DNA of 64,000 nucleotides. It comes from Peptococcaceae bacterium UBA5318. GTDB lineage: Bacteria; Bacillota; Peptococcia; DRI-13; UBA5318. The position numbers were made by a program, and so were the translations under genes. Every line of letters begins with the position of its first letter. The stretch's first letter is position 1. The notes below the pieces were generated by a model that saw only the letters and a list, made by a program, of their open reading frames with translations, made no database searches and was not told the DNA's origin. Where the stretch lies: the NCBI GenBank assembly GCA_002408285.1, contig DHRG01000013.1:4536-68535 (forward strand), in the 5' to 3' direction. Below are positions 8,527-17,119 of the stretch, piece by piece.

Positions 8527-8563
8527 GACAAAAATGCCGGCCTTGACCGTGGTCAAGGCCGGC
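8527..8563 (-). terminator. Rho-independent terminator downstream of the FecR-domain gene
   Basis: The GCCGGCCTTGACC/GGTCAAGGCCGGC inverted repeat is followed on the minus strand by ATTTTTG. Confidence 0.55.
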
Positions 8564-8637
8564 ACCTTCGTTGGCAGCGGTGAAACACGCCCAAAGCGTC
8601 GACCAGTCTGTCAATGAAGTAGCGAAAGAGCCGGGCT

Positions 8638-10467
8638 TCACGTAATCGGTATAAATATAAACTCGATAAGGTCTATCGGCTCTTCTCCCGGTCCTGGTAT
8701 GACGTTTATGGTGAAGCCGTCTTCCACACTTAAAGAACTTTCCTCAGGGATGGTGATCTGAAAGGTCACTTCTCCCTGTTCGTTCGTTGTGTTTTGCAGA
8801 GGAACACATTCATGACAGTCACCAGGCTCGTAAATACTACCGTCTATTGTATAGGTATACTCAGCTTCAGGAGCGGCGGCCCAGGTTTGAATCTCCAGAT
8901 AGAATTGGTGTCCCCCGATGGGGTTGCCGTAGCGGTCCCGTGCCGTCACCGTTATTGTGCTGGTCCGGTCGGGCTCCAGCAGCGATCCGACCGCCACGCC
9001 GCACTCAACCGGCTCCAAGGGGCCGGGCAGGATCACCTGCTCTACCTGGGAGGTTTCGTAGCCCGCCGCTTCCACCAGCACCGTCAGGGTCCCGGCTTTC
9101 TGCAAGCAGAGGCGCCCCTCGCCGGGCTCTCCGGGATACAAAGTAAGGCAGCCGCCAGACCCGTCCTCCATATTCTCTAAAACATAGTCTTCATCCTCGT
9201 CAAGTTCGAGTTCGCCCGCCAACTCGCTGTGACTGACTTTGACGCCTGTAACGGACTCCACCCACGCTTCGTCATAGGCAAAAGTTATTTCCAGTACATT
9301 GCCCGCCTCGTTCTCAGTGGTGTCGGCTGTCAGCGTGGCGGCCGGCAGCAGGGCAGCAACCCACTTGGCGTAAATGGTGATGTCGGCGGTGATCAGGGTA
9401 TTGGCAAAGTCAAATTCCGTCGTAAAGGCAATATCCGTATACCAGCCGGTAAAGGTATGCCCTGCCTTGGCCGGATCGGCCGGCCGGCCGGCTTTGCCGT
9501 TATTGTTCACAAGCTGGCTGGCGACCCCGCTTCCGCCGTCTACCTCAAAGCTTACAGTGAAGACGGGGGAAGGGGGCGGGCTGTCGTCTCCGCTTCCGCT
9601 GTCGTCCGTTCCGGAGTTGTCTTGCTGCACGTTTGAATCATACTCGATCAGGGGTTCAGGGTCTTCTTCCTCCTCTTCCTCCAACTGGCCGGCTTCTTCT
9701 CTTTTTTCCTCCATGACCTCATCCAGTTGTTCCAGGAAGCCGGGGTCAAAGGAGGCGGGGTCTGTCGCCGCCAGCTCTTTGATGATCTCCAGGACAAAAA
9801 GATCCAGGGAGCGGAGGGTAACTTCCTGGATGGGCACGGCATCAGGATCGCCGATGGTCCCCTTGGTCTCGATCTGCTGCTGCTGATCCAGGAGCAGTTC
9901 CACTTCCACTTGCCGGTAGCCGCCGCCGGGTTCCGGGATGTTTACGGTGGCGGACACATAGGCGGAACCGGCCAAGACGCTGTAAACTGTCTTGTCGCCC
10001 ACCTGGGAAACGTAGATTTTGGTGCCCCGGGCGCCCATTACGGCCGTGGACGTTTTGATTTCAAACCGGGAGCCGGAGGTCAGCTTTTTCTTGAGATCGG
10101 ACCAGATGCCGCCCGCCCAGAGACTGAAGCCGGACCTCTCTTCCTCTCCATCGGCCGACTCTACCAGTTCGCTGATGAGCAGGTTGGAATTTTCGGCGAT
10201 TTTTACGACCTTTTCCGCGCCGTCTATTTCCAGTGTCAGCGTAGAATTTTTGGCTGTGATGATCCGGTCCCCCTGCACCAGGCCCATGCCTTGAAAAGCG
10301 GGAAAAACCTTTTCTCCGCCGGCTTTCATGATCTTCACTTCACCGCTGAATTCGGCGATTCGCGCTACCCGCAAGGTTTCCCCGGCGTAAACCACGGCGG
10401 CCGTGGCCAGCAGCAGGAAACCCGTGATGATTGCCGCCGCCGCATACAAGCGCCCTTTCGCAGCCAT
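8638..10467 (-). CDS. Secreted or membrane-anchored multidomain protein: FecR domain, acidic linker, Listeria-Bacteroides (Flg_new) repeat, Ig-like (Big_1-like) domain
   Basis: An N-terminal TM/signal (LYAAAAIITGFLLLATAAVVYA) is followed by a FecR-like segment (GEVKIMKAGGEKVFPAFQGMGLVQGDRIITAKNSTLTLE). After an EEEEEED linker come GHTFTGWYTDIAFTTEFDF...ITIYAKW and ITVTARDRYGNPIGGHQFYLE. I prefer the start at 10467 (GGGGG ribosome-binding site). Confidence 0.7.
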   Translation of the reverse strand: MAAKGRLYAAAAIITGFLLLATAAVVYAGETLRVARIAEFSGEVKIMKAGGEKVFPAFQGMGLVQGDRIITAKNSTLTLEIDGAEKVVKIAENSNLLISELVESADGEEERSGFSLWAGGIWSDLKKKLTSGSRFEIKTSTAVMGARGTKIYVSQVGDKTVYSVLAGSAYVSATVNIPEPGGGYRQVEVELLLDQQQQIETKGTIGDPDAVPIQEVTLRSLDLFVLEIIKELAATDPASFDPGFLEQLDEVMEEKREEAGQLEEEEEEDPEPLIEYDSNVQQDNSGTDDSGSGDDSPPPSPVFTVSFEVDGGSGVASQLVNNNGKAGRPADPAKAGHTFTGWYTDIAFTTEFDFANTLITADITIYAKWVAALLPAATLTADTTENEAGNVLEITFAYDEAWVESVTGVKVSHSELAGELELDEDEDYVLENMEDGSGGCLTLYPGEPGEGRLCLQKAGTLTVLVEAAGYETSQVEQVILPGPLEPVECGVAVGSLLEPDRTSTITVTARDRYGNPIGGHQFYLEIQTWAAAPEAEYTYTIDGSIYEPGDCHECVPLQNTTNEQGEVTFQITIPEESSLSVEDGFTINVIPGPGEEPIDLIEFIFIPIT

Positions 10468-10492
10468 CTGCCGACCCCCTTTCAATTTCAAT

Positions 10493-11992
10493 TTATTGAT
10501 CACGGCTCTTTAGGAAAACCGCCCGCTCTTGTTCCACCCATTCCACCTGAAAACCCATGCGCTCGGCCAGGTAACGCAGGGGGATCATGGAGCGGTTCTC
10601 CCTGATTGTCAGGTAGGGCGCAGCAAAAGCCTGTTCCAGGGCCCCTTTTTTCACGATAGCCTTATGTTCATGAGGCAGCCACTGCACCTGGCCGCCCAGT
10701 TTCTCGCCGAGGGCCCGGAGAGGCAGGATGACCCGCCCCTGCTCGATATAGGGTTCCGCATCGGGGAAGGGCAACAGTTCTCCGTCCAGCCATACCCGGA
10801 TCCTTTCGGCAGCGGGGGCCGGGGTTAAAAGGCGGGGGAGGTTGTAGGGATCAAGGGGCAGAGCGCGCAAACCATTGTTCCACATGTCGGAAATATAGAG
10901 AACGCCATCATGATAGAGGAGATCCACAGGACCGTTCAGCATGGACGTGGAGGTCTCCGCGGTCCGGCCGGCTCTGCCGGTGCCGGCGATGGTGATTGCC
11001 TCGCCCTGGGGCGTCAGCGCTCTGACCCTGTGGTTCCAGGTATCGGCGATAAAGATGACGCCGTTGGGCGCAAGGTCTATTCCTTTGGGGAAATTAAACC
11101 TGGCCTCGGCCCAGGCGCCGTCCCGGTAGGCCCCCGGCGCATAATCGGTCTCCTCTTCCCTTAGATCCCGGAAACCGGCCAGTGTGGAAACCTGCAGGTC
11201 TTGGATTTTTCTGACCAACTGGTTGCCGCTGTCCAACACATAAAGCGCCCCGTTTCCGGCCAGGGCAAGCCCGGCCGGTTCGTTGAACCGAGCCCCGCCG
11301 ACCGGACCGTCCCGGTAGCCTCCGTTGGGGCCCGCTTGGCCGGCCAAGGTAGATACAAGTCCTTGGGGCGTTATTTTCCGGATCACATTGTTCAGGGTGT
11401 CGGAAACATAGAGATTGTCGTGTTCATCGATGGCCAACCCAGAAGGCGCGTTGAACCGGGCCTGGTTCCCCGTGCCGTCTTGATAGCCCGGCCGGCCGTT
11501 CCCCGCAAAAGTGCTGACTCTGCCGCCGGAAATTTTGCGGATGGCGTGGTTGCCGGTATCCGCCACATAAATCGTGTTGGCGGAATCCACGACTATACCC
11601 CGGGGATTTCTGAAACGGGCCTTTTCCGCCGCTCCGTCTACATACCCGCCGGCCGGAAACCCAAAAGCGTCAAAACTGTCGGAAAAGCCGGCCACCGTGG
11701 TAACCTGGTCGCCCGCAATCTTCCTGATCCGGTTATTGTGGGAATCTGCCACGATGATCTGGTTGTCCTTGTTGGCAGTCAGGCCGTAGGGAAAGCGGAA
11801 ATCCGCTTCCAGCCTGCTTCCGTCCTGGTAGCCAAATTCCCCGGAGCCCGCATAGAAGGTGGGGACAGAGCCGGAGGCCGGAAGGGAGAAGCCCGTCAAT
11901 ACCGCGATGAGCAGGAAAAGGGCCGGCCAGATGAATCTGCCGGGGGCAGCGCGGCGGAACCGGGCCTTGGGCAAGGGCTGGGCCGATGGCAT
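10493..11992 (-). CDS. NHL-repeat beta-propeller protein with a C-terminal copper-amine-oxidase-N-terminal-like (stalk) domain
   Basis: Six repeats of the type ADSHNNRIRKI / ADTGNHAIRKI / SDTLNNVIRKI / LDSGNQLVRKI / ADTWNHRVRAL / SDMWNNGLRAL are present. The C-terminus reads ILPLRALGEKLGGQVQW...MIPLRYLAERMGFQVEW. The start is at 11992 (GGGAGG 8 nt upstream). The track start at 12043 lies inside the repeat element. Confidence 0.8.
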   Translation of the reverse strand: MPSAQPLPKARFRRAAPGRFIWPALFLLIAVLTGFSLPASGSVPTFYAGSGEFGYQDGSRLEADFRFPYGLTANKDNQIIVADSHNNRIRKIAGDQVTTVAGFSDSFDAFGFPAGGYVDGAAEKARFRNPRGIVVDSANTIYVADTGNHAIRKISGGRVSTFAGNGRPGYQDGTGNQARFNAPSGLAIDEHDNLYVSDTLNNVIRKITPQGLVSTLAGQAGPNGGYRDGPVGGARFNEPAGLALAGNGALYVLDSGNQLVRKIQDLQVSTLAGFRDLREEETDYAPGAYRDGAWAEARFNFPKGIDLAPNGVIFIADTWNHRVRALTPQGEAITIAGTGRAGRTAETSTSMLNGPVDLLYHDGVLYISDMWNNGLRALPLDPYNLPRLLTPAPAAERIRVWLDGELLPFPDAEPYIEQGRVILPLRALGEKLGGQVQWLPHEHKAIVKKGALEQAFAAPYLTIRENRSMIPLRYLAERMGFQVEWVEQERAVFLKSRDQ

Positions 11993-12041
11993 ATGGCATT
12001 CCTCCCTGAAAAATTTACCGCAAAAGCGTGATCGTCCGTTC

Positions 12042-12251
12042 ATAAACAGAGTTCTTAGCTTCAGTGGGAGTTTTAACTCCCCACTGAAGGTTAGCCGCTC
12101 TCGGACATCCGTGTCCTCCGCGGCATTAGGCCGTCCGTGGCCGTTAGAAATCGTTATCCAGGAGCTTAGCGCCGCTTATCTCCCGCTTTTGGGTTATAGC
12201 TTCCAGCTCCAGAAAGAAGTGGGAGTATTAGCGACGGTTAGCTATCGGATA
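12042..12251 (+). repeat. Structured intergenic repeat, copy 2 (long form, 210 nt)
   Basis: It shares both termini and the hairpin core with copies 1 and 3 and carries about 50 nt of extra internal GC-rich sequence. Its right end (TTAGCTATCGGATAG) supplies the last codons and the stop of the MBL gene. Confidence 0.85.
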
Positions 12252-13092
12252 GAGAAAGGATCATTCCTTCCTTGGCCGCTAAACATTGAGGGAAGCGGGC
12301 CCGAGCCAATTGTTCGATCTCATCAAGTTCCTGATCGCTTCTCCGGGGGCTGTGGTGAAATAAGATAAGCCTCCCCACGCCCGCTTGGCCGGCCAGTTTA
12401 ACAGCCTCCTGCCAGGTTGAGTGCCCCCAGCCTTTTTGAGCGGGGCGTCCCGCCTGCCCCAGATACTCCTCGTCGGTGTAGGTGGCGTCGTAGATCAGCA
12501 GGTCGCAGTCCCGGCAGAACTCCGCTAAGTTTTTATCCGTCACGGCATGATGCTCATGGTCGCCAAGATAACAGACGGAATGTCCGTTAAGCTGCAGGCG
12601 GTAAGCGGTGTTTCCCATGGGATGGTTGGTGGGGGCGGTTTTGACCGTTATTCCCCCCTCCAGGCCGAACTCCTGCCCTGCCTCTATTTCCCGGAAAACC
12701 ACCTCTGCCTTCATTTGTTCTAGTCCAATGGGGAAGAAGGGGGCCTGCATCTGCCTGGCGAAGAGTTCCGTCAGGGGAAAACCCGGTTTGCCTTCCCCAT
12801 AAACAGTGAAATGGTTCCCCCGGACAAAGGCCGGCTCAAAAAAGGGAAACCCGTGAATATGGTCCCAATGGACATGGGAAATGAGGAGATGGGCTTTTGC
12901 CGCACCGGTCCTTTCCATCCATTCTTGGCCGAGATTGCAGAGCCCTGTCCCCGCGTCAAAAATCACCTGGGTTGCTCCTGCCTGCACCTGGATGCAGGCG
13001 GTATTCCCGCCATATTTCAGGGTGTTTTTGCCGGGAACCGGTCTGGAACCCCTTACCCCCCAAAAGGTGACGGAGATTTGCACCGGGTTCAT
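12238..13092 (-). CDS. MBL-fold metallo-hydrolase (possible cyclic-nucleotide phosphodiesterase)
   Basis: The metal-binding motif HLLISHVHWDHIHGFPFF is followed by ...YLGDHEH..., ...DATYTDEEY... and ...WGHST... The phosphodiesterase role is inferred only from the adjacent cyclase gene. Confidence 0.75.
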   Translation of the reverse strand: MNPVQISVTFWGVRGSRPVPGKNTLKYGGNTACIQVQAGATQVIFDAGTGLCNLGQEWMERTGAAKAHLLISHVHWDHIHGFPFFEPAFVRGNHFTVYGEGKPGFPLTELFARQMQAPFFPIGLEQMKAEVVFREIEAGQEFGLEGGITVKTAPTNHPMGNTAYRLQLNGHSVCYLGDHEHHAVTDKNLAEFCRDCDLLIYDATYTDEEYLGQAGRPAQKGWGHSTWQEAVKLAGQAGVGRLILFHHSPRRSDQELDEIEQLARARFPQCLAAKEGMILSLSDS

Positions 13093-13187
13093 CCCTGCTC
13101 CCTCCTCGCTATAAAGTGAATCCCTATGCGGAGAGCGGTTTAAGCTCCTCCGCCTATTATTGGTTTGAGCTAATCCCGGAGCGCCGG

Positions 13188-15032
13188 TTAATCTTCGGGC
13201 AAAATTCCCTCCAACTGGTAGACGGCCAGCCGCTGGCTCTTGCCTTTCACCGTTATTTCGCCGAGGCCGCTAACTTTTACCTGTTCTTTCACCCGTTCGT
13301 AAGTGGACTGGCTTAAGAGGATTTGCCCCGGCTTGGCATTGCTTTCCAGCCTGGCGGCGGTGTTGACCGTATCGCCGATGGCCGTATAATCCATGCGGAA
13401 CTGGGCCCCGATATTGCCGACGATGGCTTCGCCCGTATTGATGCCCACGCCGAAATCAACGGTGCGGCCGTATTTTGCCAGCAGCCGCTCCTTCATCTGT
13501 GCGCTCCCTTCCTGCATGACCCAGGCCGCCTGCGCCGCTTTCAGGGCATGGTCGGGCAAGTCAAGGGGCGCGTTGAACAGGGCCATGGCGGCGTCGCCGA
13601 TAAACTTATCCAGGGTCCCGCCATAGGCAAAGATGGCCCGGGCGCAAAGGTCCAGGTATTCATTGAGGACTTCTACAACTTCTTCGGGTTCGGCCTTTTC
13701 GGAAAAAGGCGTAAAACCACGAATGTCCGCAAACAGGACGGTTATTTCCCGACGCACCCCGCCCAGCTTGAGGCCGGCTTCGCCGGAGGTCAGGATTTCC
13801 TTGACCACCTGGGGCGCCACGTAGCGTCCGAAAACCGCGGTAACACGTTTGCGTTCCAGCAATTCTTCCAGGTAGTGATAAAAGAGGCCCAGCAGATAGC
13901 AGGCAACGGCCAGCCCCACCGGGTAGAGGAGGGACAACAGCCAACCTTTTTGATAGAGCAGCCTGGCCGTTGCTCCATAGCCGAGGATCAGGGCGGCGGC
14001 CACAAAGACAGCCCGCCCCGGGCTTAATTTGCGCAAGGCCCAGATGCTGACGCCGGTAAAAAGCAGCAGGACGGCCAGGATGGACCAATAGGGCGCCTGC
14101 TGTTTAAAGTCGCGGTATAACAGGTTCTGAATAATGTTGGCATGTATTTCTACGCCAAACATGGCGGTCTGGTGGTCCAGCGGCGTGGGATAGGAATCGT
14201 GGAGGCCGACGGCATAAGGCCCCACCAGGACGATCTTGTCTTCAAAATAGGCCGGAGGGATTTCGCCGTTCAAGACCTGGTAAAAGGAGAAGCGTTCATA
14301 ATCGCCGGGTCTTCCCTGGTAATTGATATGGATCCTGTTCCAGGGATCCGTGGGCACAAGGTCCGGGGAATAAGCCTGTCCCCTTGTCTGTAAATAGGCG
14401 TTGGCGATTTTCCAGGCAAAACTGGGGATGGTTTCTTCCTGGTAATCGTAAAAAAGAACCGTCTTTCGCACCACGCTGTCGGGGTCCGGGAAGGTATTGA
14501 CGTGCCCGCTGAGGGCCTGCGCCTTAAGCAGCGGTACGGCTTCCTTCAGGTCGGCGGGCTGCAGCTTGCTTCCGGTCCGGACTGTTCCGCTGAAATAACC
14601 CACCGCGGGCAAGACGGTATTTTCGGTTTTATCCAGGGCTTGGGCCAAGGCCAGATCCTCAGCCGGCTGGGGGTCCGGTTCGGAAAACAGGATGTCGATT
14701 CCCACCGCCGCAGGTTTCCCCTGCGCCAGCTTTTCCAGAAGTTCGGCATGGGTGCTGCGCGGCCACGGCCACCTGCCCAGTTTTTCCAGGCTGGGCTCAT
14801 CGGCGGCAATAATGACGATCCGGCTGTCCACCCGGCCTTTGCCCTGATAGAGCCAGTCCTGGGCCATATTGTCCATATTCTCCCCCACATTGGCATAGGA
14901 GAGGATGGCGAAAACAAGAAAGGCGACTGCCAGCAAGAAGGATAATTTTATTTTCAAAGGGGTTCCTGCCTTTCTCCGGCAATTTAAAAAACATGTTCCC
15001 ATTATCCTACCATTTTTTTCAGGACTTTTCAT
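13188..15032 (-). CDS. CHASE2 sensor domain-containing class III adenylate/guanylate cyclase
   Basis: The order is an N-terminal TM, a periplasmic CHASE2-like region (RIVIIAADEPSLEKLGRWPWPRSTHAELL...), three TM helices, then a cyclase domain: VTVLFADIRGFTPFSEK...GGTLDKFIGDAAMALFNAP...FGVGINTGEAIVGNIG...YTAIGDTVNTAARLES. The start could be the internal ATG at 15002. Confidence 0.85.
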   Translation of the reverse strand: MKSPEKNGRIMGTCFLNCRRKAGTPLKIKLSFLLAVAFLVFAILSYANVGENMDNMAQDWLYQGKGRVDSRIVIIAADEPSLEKLGRWPWPRSTHAELLEKLAQGKPAAVGIDILFSEPDPQPAEDLALAQALDKTENTVLPAVGYFSGTVRTGSKLQPADLKEAVPLLKAQALSGHVNTFPDPDSVVRKTVLFYDYQEETIPSFAWKIANAYLQTRGQAYSPDLVPTDPWNRIHINYQGRPGDYERFSFYQVLNGEIPPAYFEDKIVLVGPYAVGLHDSYPTPLDHQTAMFGVEIHANIIQNLLYRDFKQQAPYWSILAVLLLFTGVSIWALRKLSPGRAVFVAAALILGYGATARLLYQKGWLLSLLYPVGLAVACYLLGLFYHYLEELLERKRVTAVFGRYVAPQVVKEILTSGEAGLKLGGVRREITVLFADIRGFTPFSEKAEPEEVVEVLNEYLDLCARAIFAYGGTLDKFIGDAAMALFNAPLDLPDHALKAAQAAWVMQEGSAQMKERLLAKYGRTVDFGVGINTGEAIVGNIGAQFRMDYTAIGDTVNTAARLESNAKPGQILLSQSTYERVKEQVKVSGLGEITVKGKSQRLAVYQLEGILPED

Positions 15033-15062
15033 TGACTATTTTGTTGTGTTCAAGCCATCTCT

Positions 15063-16709
15063 TTACTCCTGGTTTGGCAACCTGTATTTTTTCGGCCCAT
15101 AATGGAAGGCTTCGGTCGGGATGGCCACGCCGCAGGCTCTCAACTGCTGGGCCCGGGAAACAACGGCAGCCCCTTCCAACAGGTTGAAGGCGATTTGAGC
15201 GACGGTGCGGTTCCCTGGGTCCTCCAGGAAAGAGCCCTTGGTCCAGGCATTAAAAGCCCCCATGGCCGGCCCGCAAAAAATCTGATAATCAAGCTCCCGC
15301 CCTTTTTCTCCGGTAATGGCCCATTGGCTGGCCTTTCCCAAATACCAGCGAAACACCAGGGCCATTTTATGCCTGGGGTCCCTGGCGGCCCGCTGGAGCT
15401 GGCCGGGGTCCCTTTCTTGAAAAAAGCGGGCCGTCTCCTCCCATATTTTCTCCCAAGAGTCCCTGAACACGGTGGCCTCCACCTTCCGGCGAATATCCGC
15501 GGGTATTTGCTCCAGGGAGGAATAGCGCCGATAGAGGTCATACAACTGCGCGGCCCGGGGAGCAAACAGGGCGCCCAGCTTGAGCACCTGCACCTTGGCG
15601 CCTTGCTCGAACATATCCGCCGACGGGGCCATGGCCACGTCACTGATGTCCGCTTGGGCCAGCAGGGCTTTCCCCGCCTGGGAAAGACCGGATTCCACAG
15701 CGGCCTGATGGATCGTCCCTACCACGATATAAGCGGCGCCGTGCGCAAAGGCCGCCGCCGCCGCCGCAGGCGTGCCGATCCCGCCGGCCGCACCCACACG
15801 GATAGGACGGCGGTATGAAAAACGCCGCATGCACGCCTCCCTGGCCTGCAATACCGTGGGGAAAAGCGCCCCCAGGGGCCGATTGTCCGTATGGCCGCCG
15901 GAATCCGCTTCCACGGTAATATCTTCCGCCAGCGCGATTTGGGCAGCGCATTGGGCCTCCGCAGGGGATAGTTTGCCCTGCTCCACCAACTGCTCCAGCA
16001 GCCTGGCCGGCGGCGGGGACATAAACTGCCCGGCCAGCTCGGGCCTGGAGATTTTGGCGAAAAGGTAATGCTTCCTGTGGATGGCGCCCTGGGCATCGCG
16101 CCATAAGCCCTTGGCCGCATACCTGACCAGAGCGGGGGTGATCCCCAGGAAGGCTGAGGCCGAAAGGCGCAAGACGTTGTAATGCAGAAACAGATCAACC
16201 AGCAATTCTTCCCTTTGCGGCTCCTGGGGGGAATGGATCAGGTTGATGCCCCAGGATTTGTCCCCCGCGCCCTGTTGGATGACCTGAATAGCTCGCTCCA
16301 CCCGCGGCAGGGGCAAGCCGGCCGCGCCGAAAAAGCCCAGCAGATGGCGCCTGGCCATTTCCAGGACCATTTCTTCCGAGGCAATGCCATGGGCCATTTC
16401 ACCGCCGATATAGGGGAATTGGACCCCGTGCACCTCCTGAAAGCTGCGGTCCCCCAGCCACTCGGGATATTGGGGCGCCAATACGGCCAGCACCGGATAG
16501 CTCTGGGGAGCGGCGGACTCAGGCCGGGCAGGGGCGAAATGCCCGCCGACGGCCATGCCGACCGCTCCGCTCCCTTCGTCTCTGATCACATAGGTTTGTT
16601 GTCTGATATCCTTGAGCAGCCCGCCTGTTTCCCAGGGGAAAAAAGCCGGCTTCCTGTCGCCTTCAAGCCAAAAACCAATGGTGGGACGGCTTGTATCTGC
16701 CTGACGCAT
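15063..16709 (-). CDS. pfaD: PfaD-family trans-acting enoyl reductase (nitronate monooxygenase fold) of a PUFA-synthase-like PKS
   Basis: The product is 548 aa. It has a PfaD-like N-terminus (IGFWLEGDRKPAFFPWETGG...YVIRDEGSGAVGMAVGG) and a TIM-barrel FMN region (...GMAHGIASEEMV..., ...ITVEADSGGHTDNRP..., ...RVGAAGGIGTPAAAAAAFAHGAAYIVVGT...). Confidence 0.85.
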   Translation of the reverse strand: MRQADTSRPTIGFWLEGDRKPAFFPWETGGLLKDIRQQTYVIRDEGSGAVGMAVGGHFAPARPESAAPQSYPVLAVLAPQYPEWLGDRSFQEVHGVQFPYIGGEMAHGIASEEMVLEMARRHLLGFFGAAGLPLPRVERAIQVIQQGAGDKSWGINLIHSPQEPQREELLVDLFLHYNVLRLSASAFLGITPALVRYAAKGLWRDAQGAIHRKHYLFAKISRPELAGQFMSPPPARLLEQLVEQGKLSPAEAQCAAQIALAEDITVEADSGGHTDNRPLGALFPTVLQAREACMRRFSYRRPIRVGAAGGIGTPAAAAAAFAHGAAYIVVGTIHQAAVESGLSQAGKALLAQADISDVAMAPSADMFEQGAKVQVLKLGALFAPRAAQLYDLYRRYSSLEQIPADIRRKVEATVFRDSWEKIWEETARFFQERDPGQLQRAARDPRHKMALVFRWYLGKASQWAITGEKGRELDYQIFCGPAMGAFNAWTKGSFLEDPGNRTVAQIAFNLLEGAAVVSRAQQLRACGVAIPTEAFHYGPKKYRLPNQE

Positions 16710-17052
16710 CGCTTATCGTTCCTTTCTGAAAATCCCGGTAATCCCGGTGCCAGTCCAGGAAGCAAAAGGGCTTCATTTCACCCTTGACCACCAAGGCGGC
16801 CAGGAAATCCTTCCCGACCAGCCAAGACGCCCTCTCCCCCCGGTGCTCCGGTTCATTTTCCCAATAAATAACCCTCCCTTTCAGCAAGAGGATGCGGTAG
16901 GCCGCAGCCCTTTCCTGTTCCCGCTCATCCAAAATCTCTTCCCAGGGTTCGCCGGGTTCACTAACCTGGTCCAAATTCGCCGACCACAGATGGATGGCCC
17001 GCTCCAGCCCCTTGGCGTCAATCCTTCCCTTGCTCTGTACTTCTTTACTCAC
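16663..17052 (-). CDS. Hypothetical 129-aa protein with faint resemblance to the N-terminal half of an Sfp-type phosphopantetheinyl transferase
   Basis: IHLWSANLDQVSEPGEPWEEILDEREQERAAAYR recalls the vhvW...L...E..Ra..f opening of Sfp/PfaE PPTases. It is only about half the length of one. It overlaps the pfaD start by 47 nt. Confidence 0.3.
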   Translation of the reverse strand: MSKEVQSKGRIDAKGLERAIHLWSANLDQVSEPGEPWEEILDEREQERAAAYRILLLKGRVIYWENEPEHRGERASWLVGKDFLAALVVKGEMKPFCFLDWHRDYRDFQKGTISDASGRYKPSHHWFLA

Positions 17053-17119
17053 TGAAATTCACCCCTCTCCCCTTGCTCTTTTCCAGGGGGGCGCCCCTCC
17101 TCCCCTGCGCTTCTCCATC

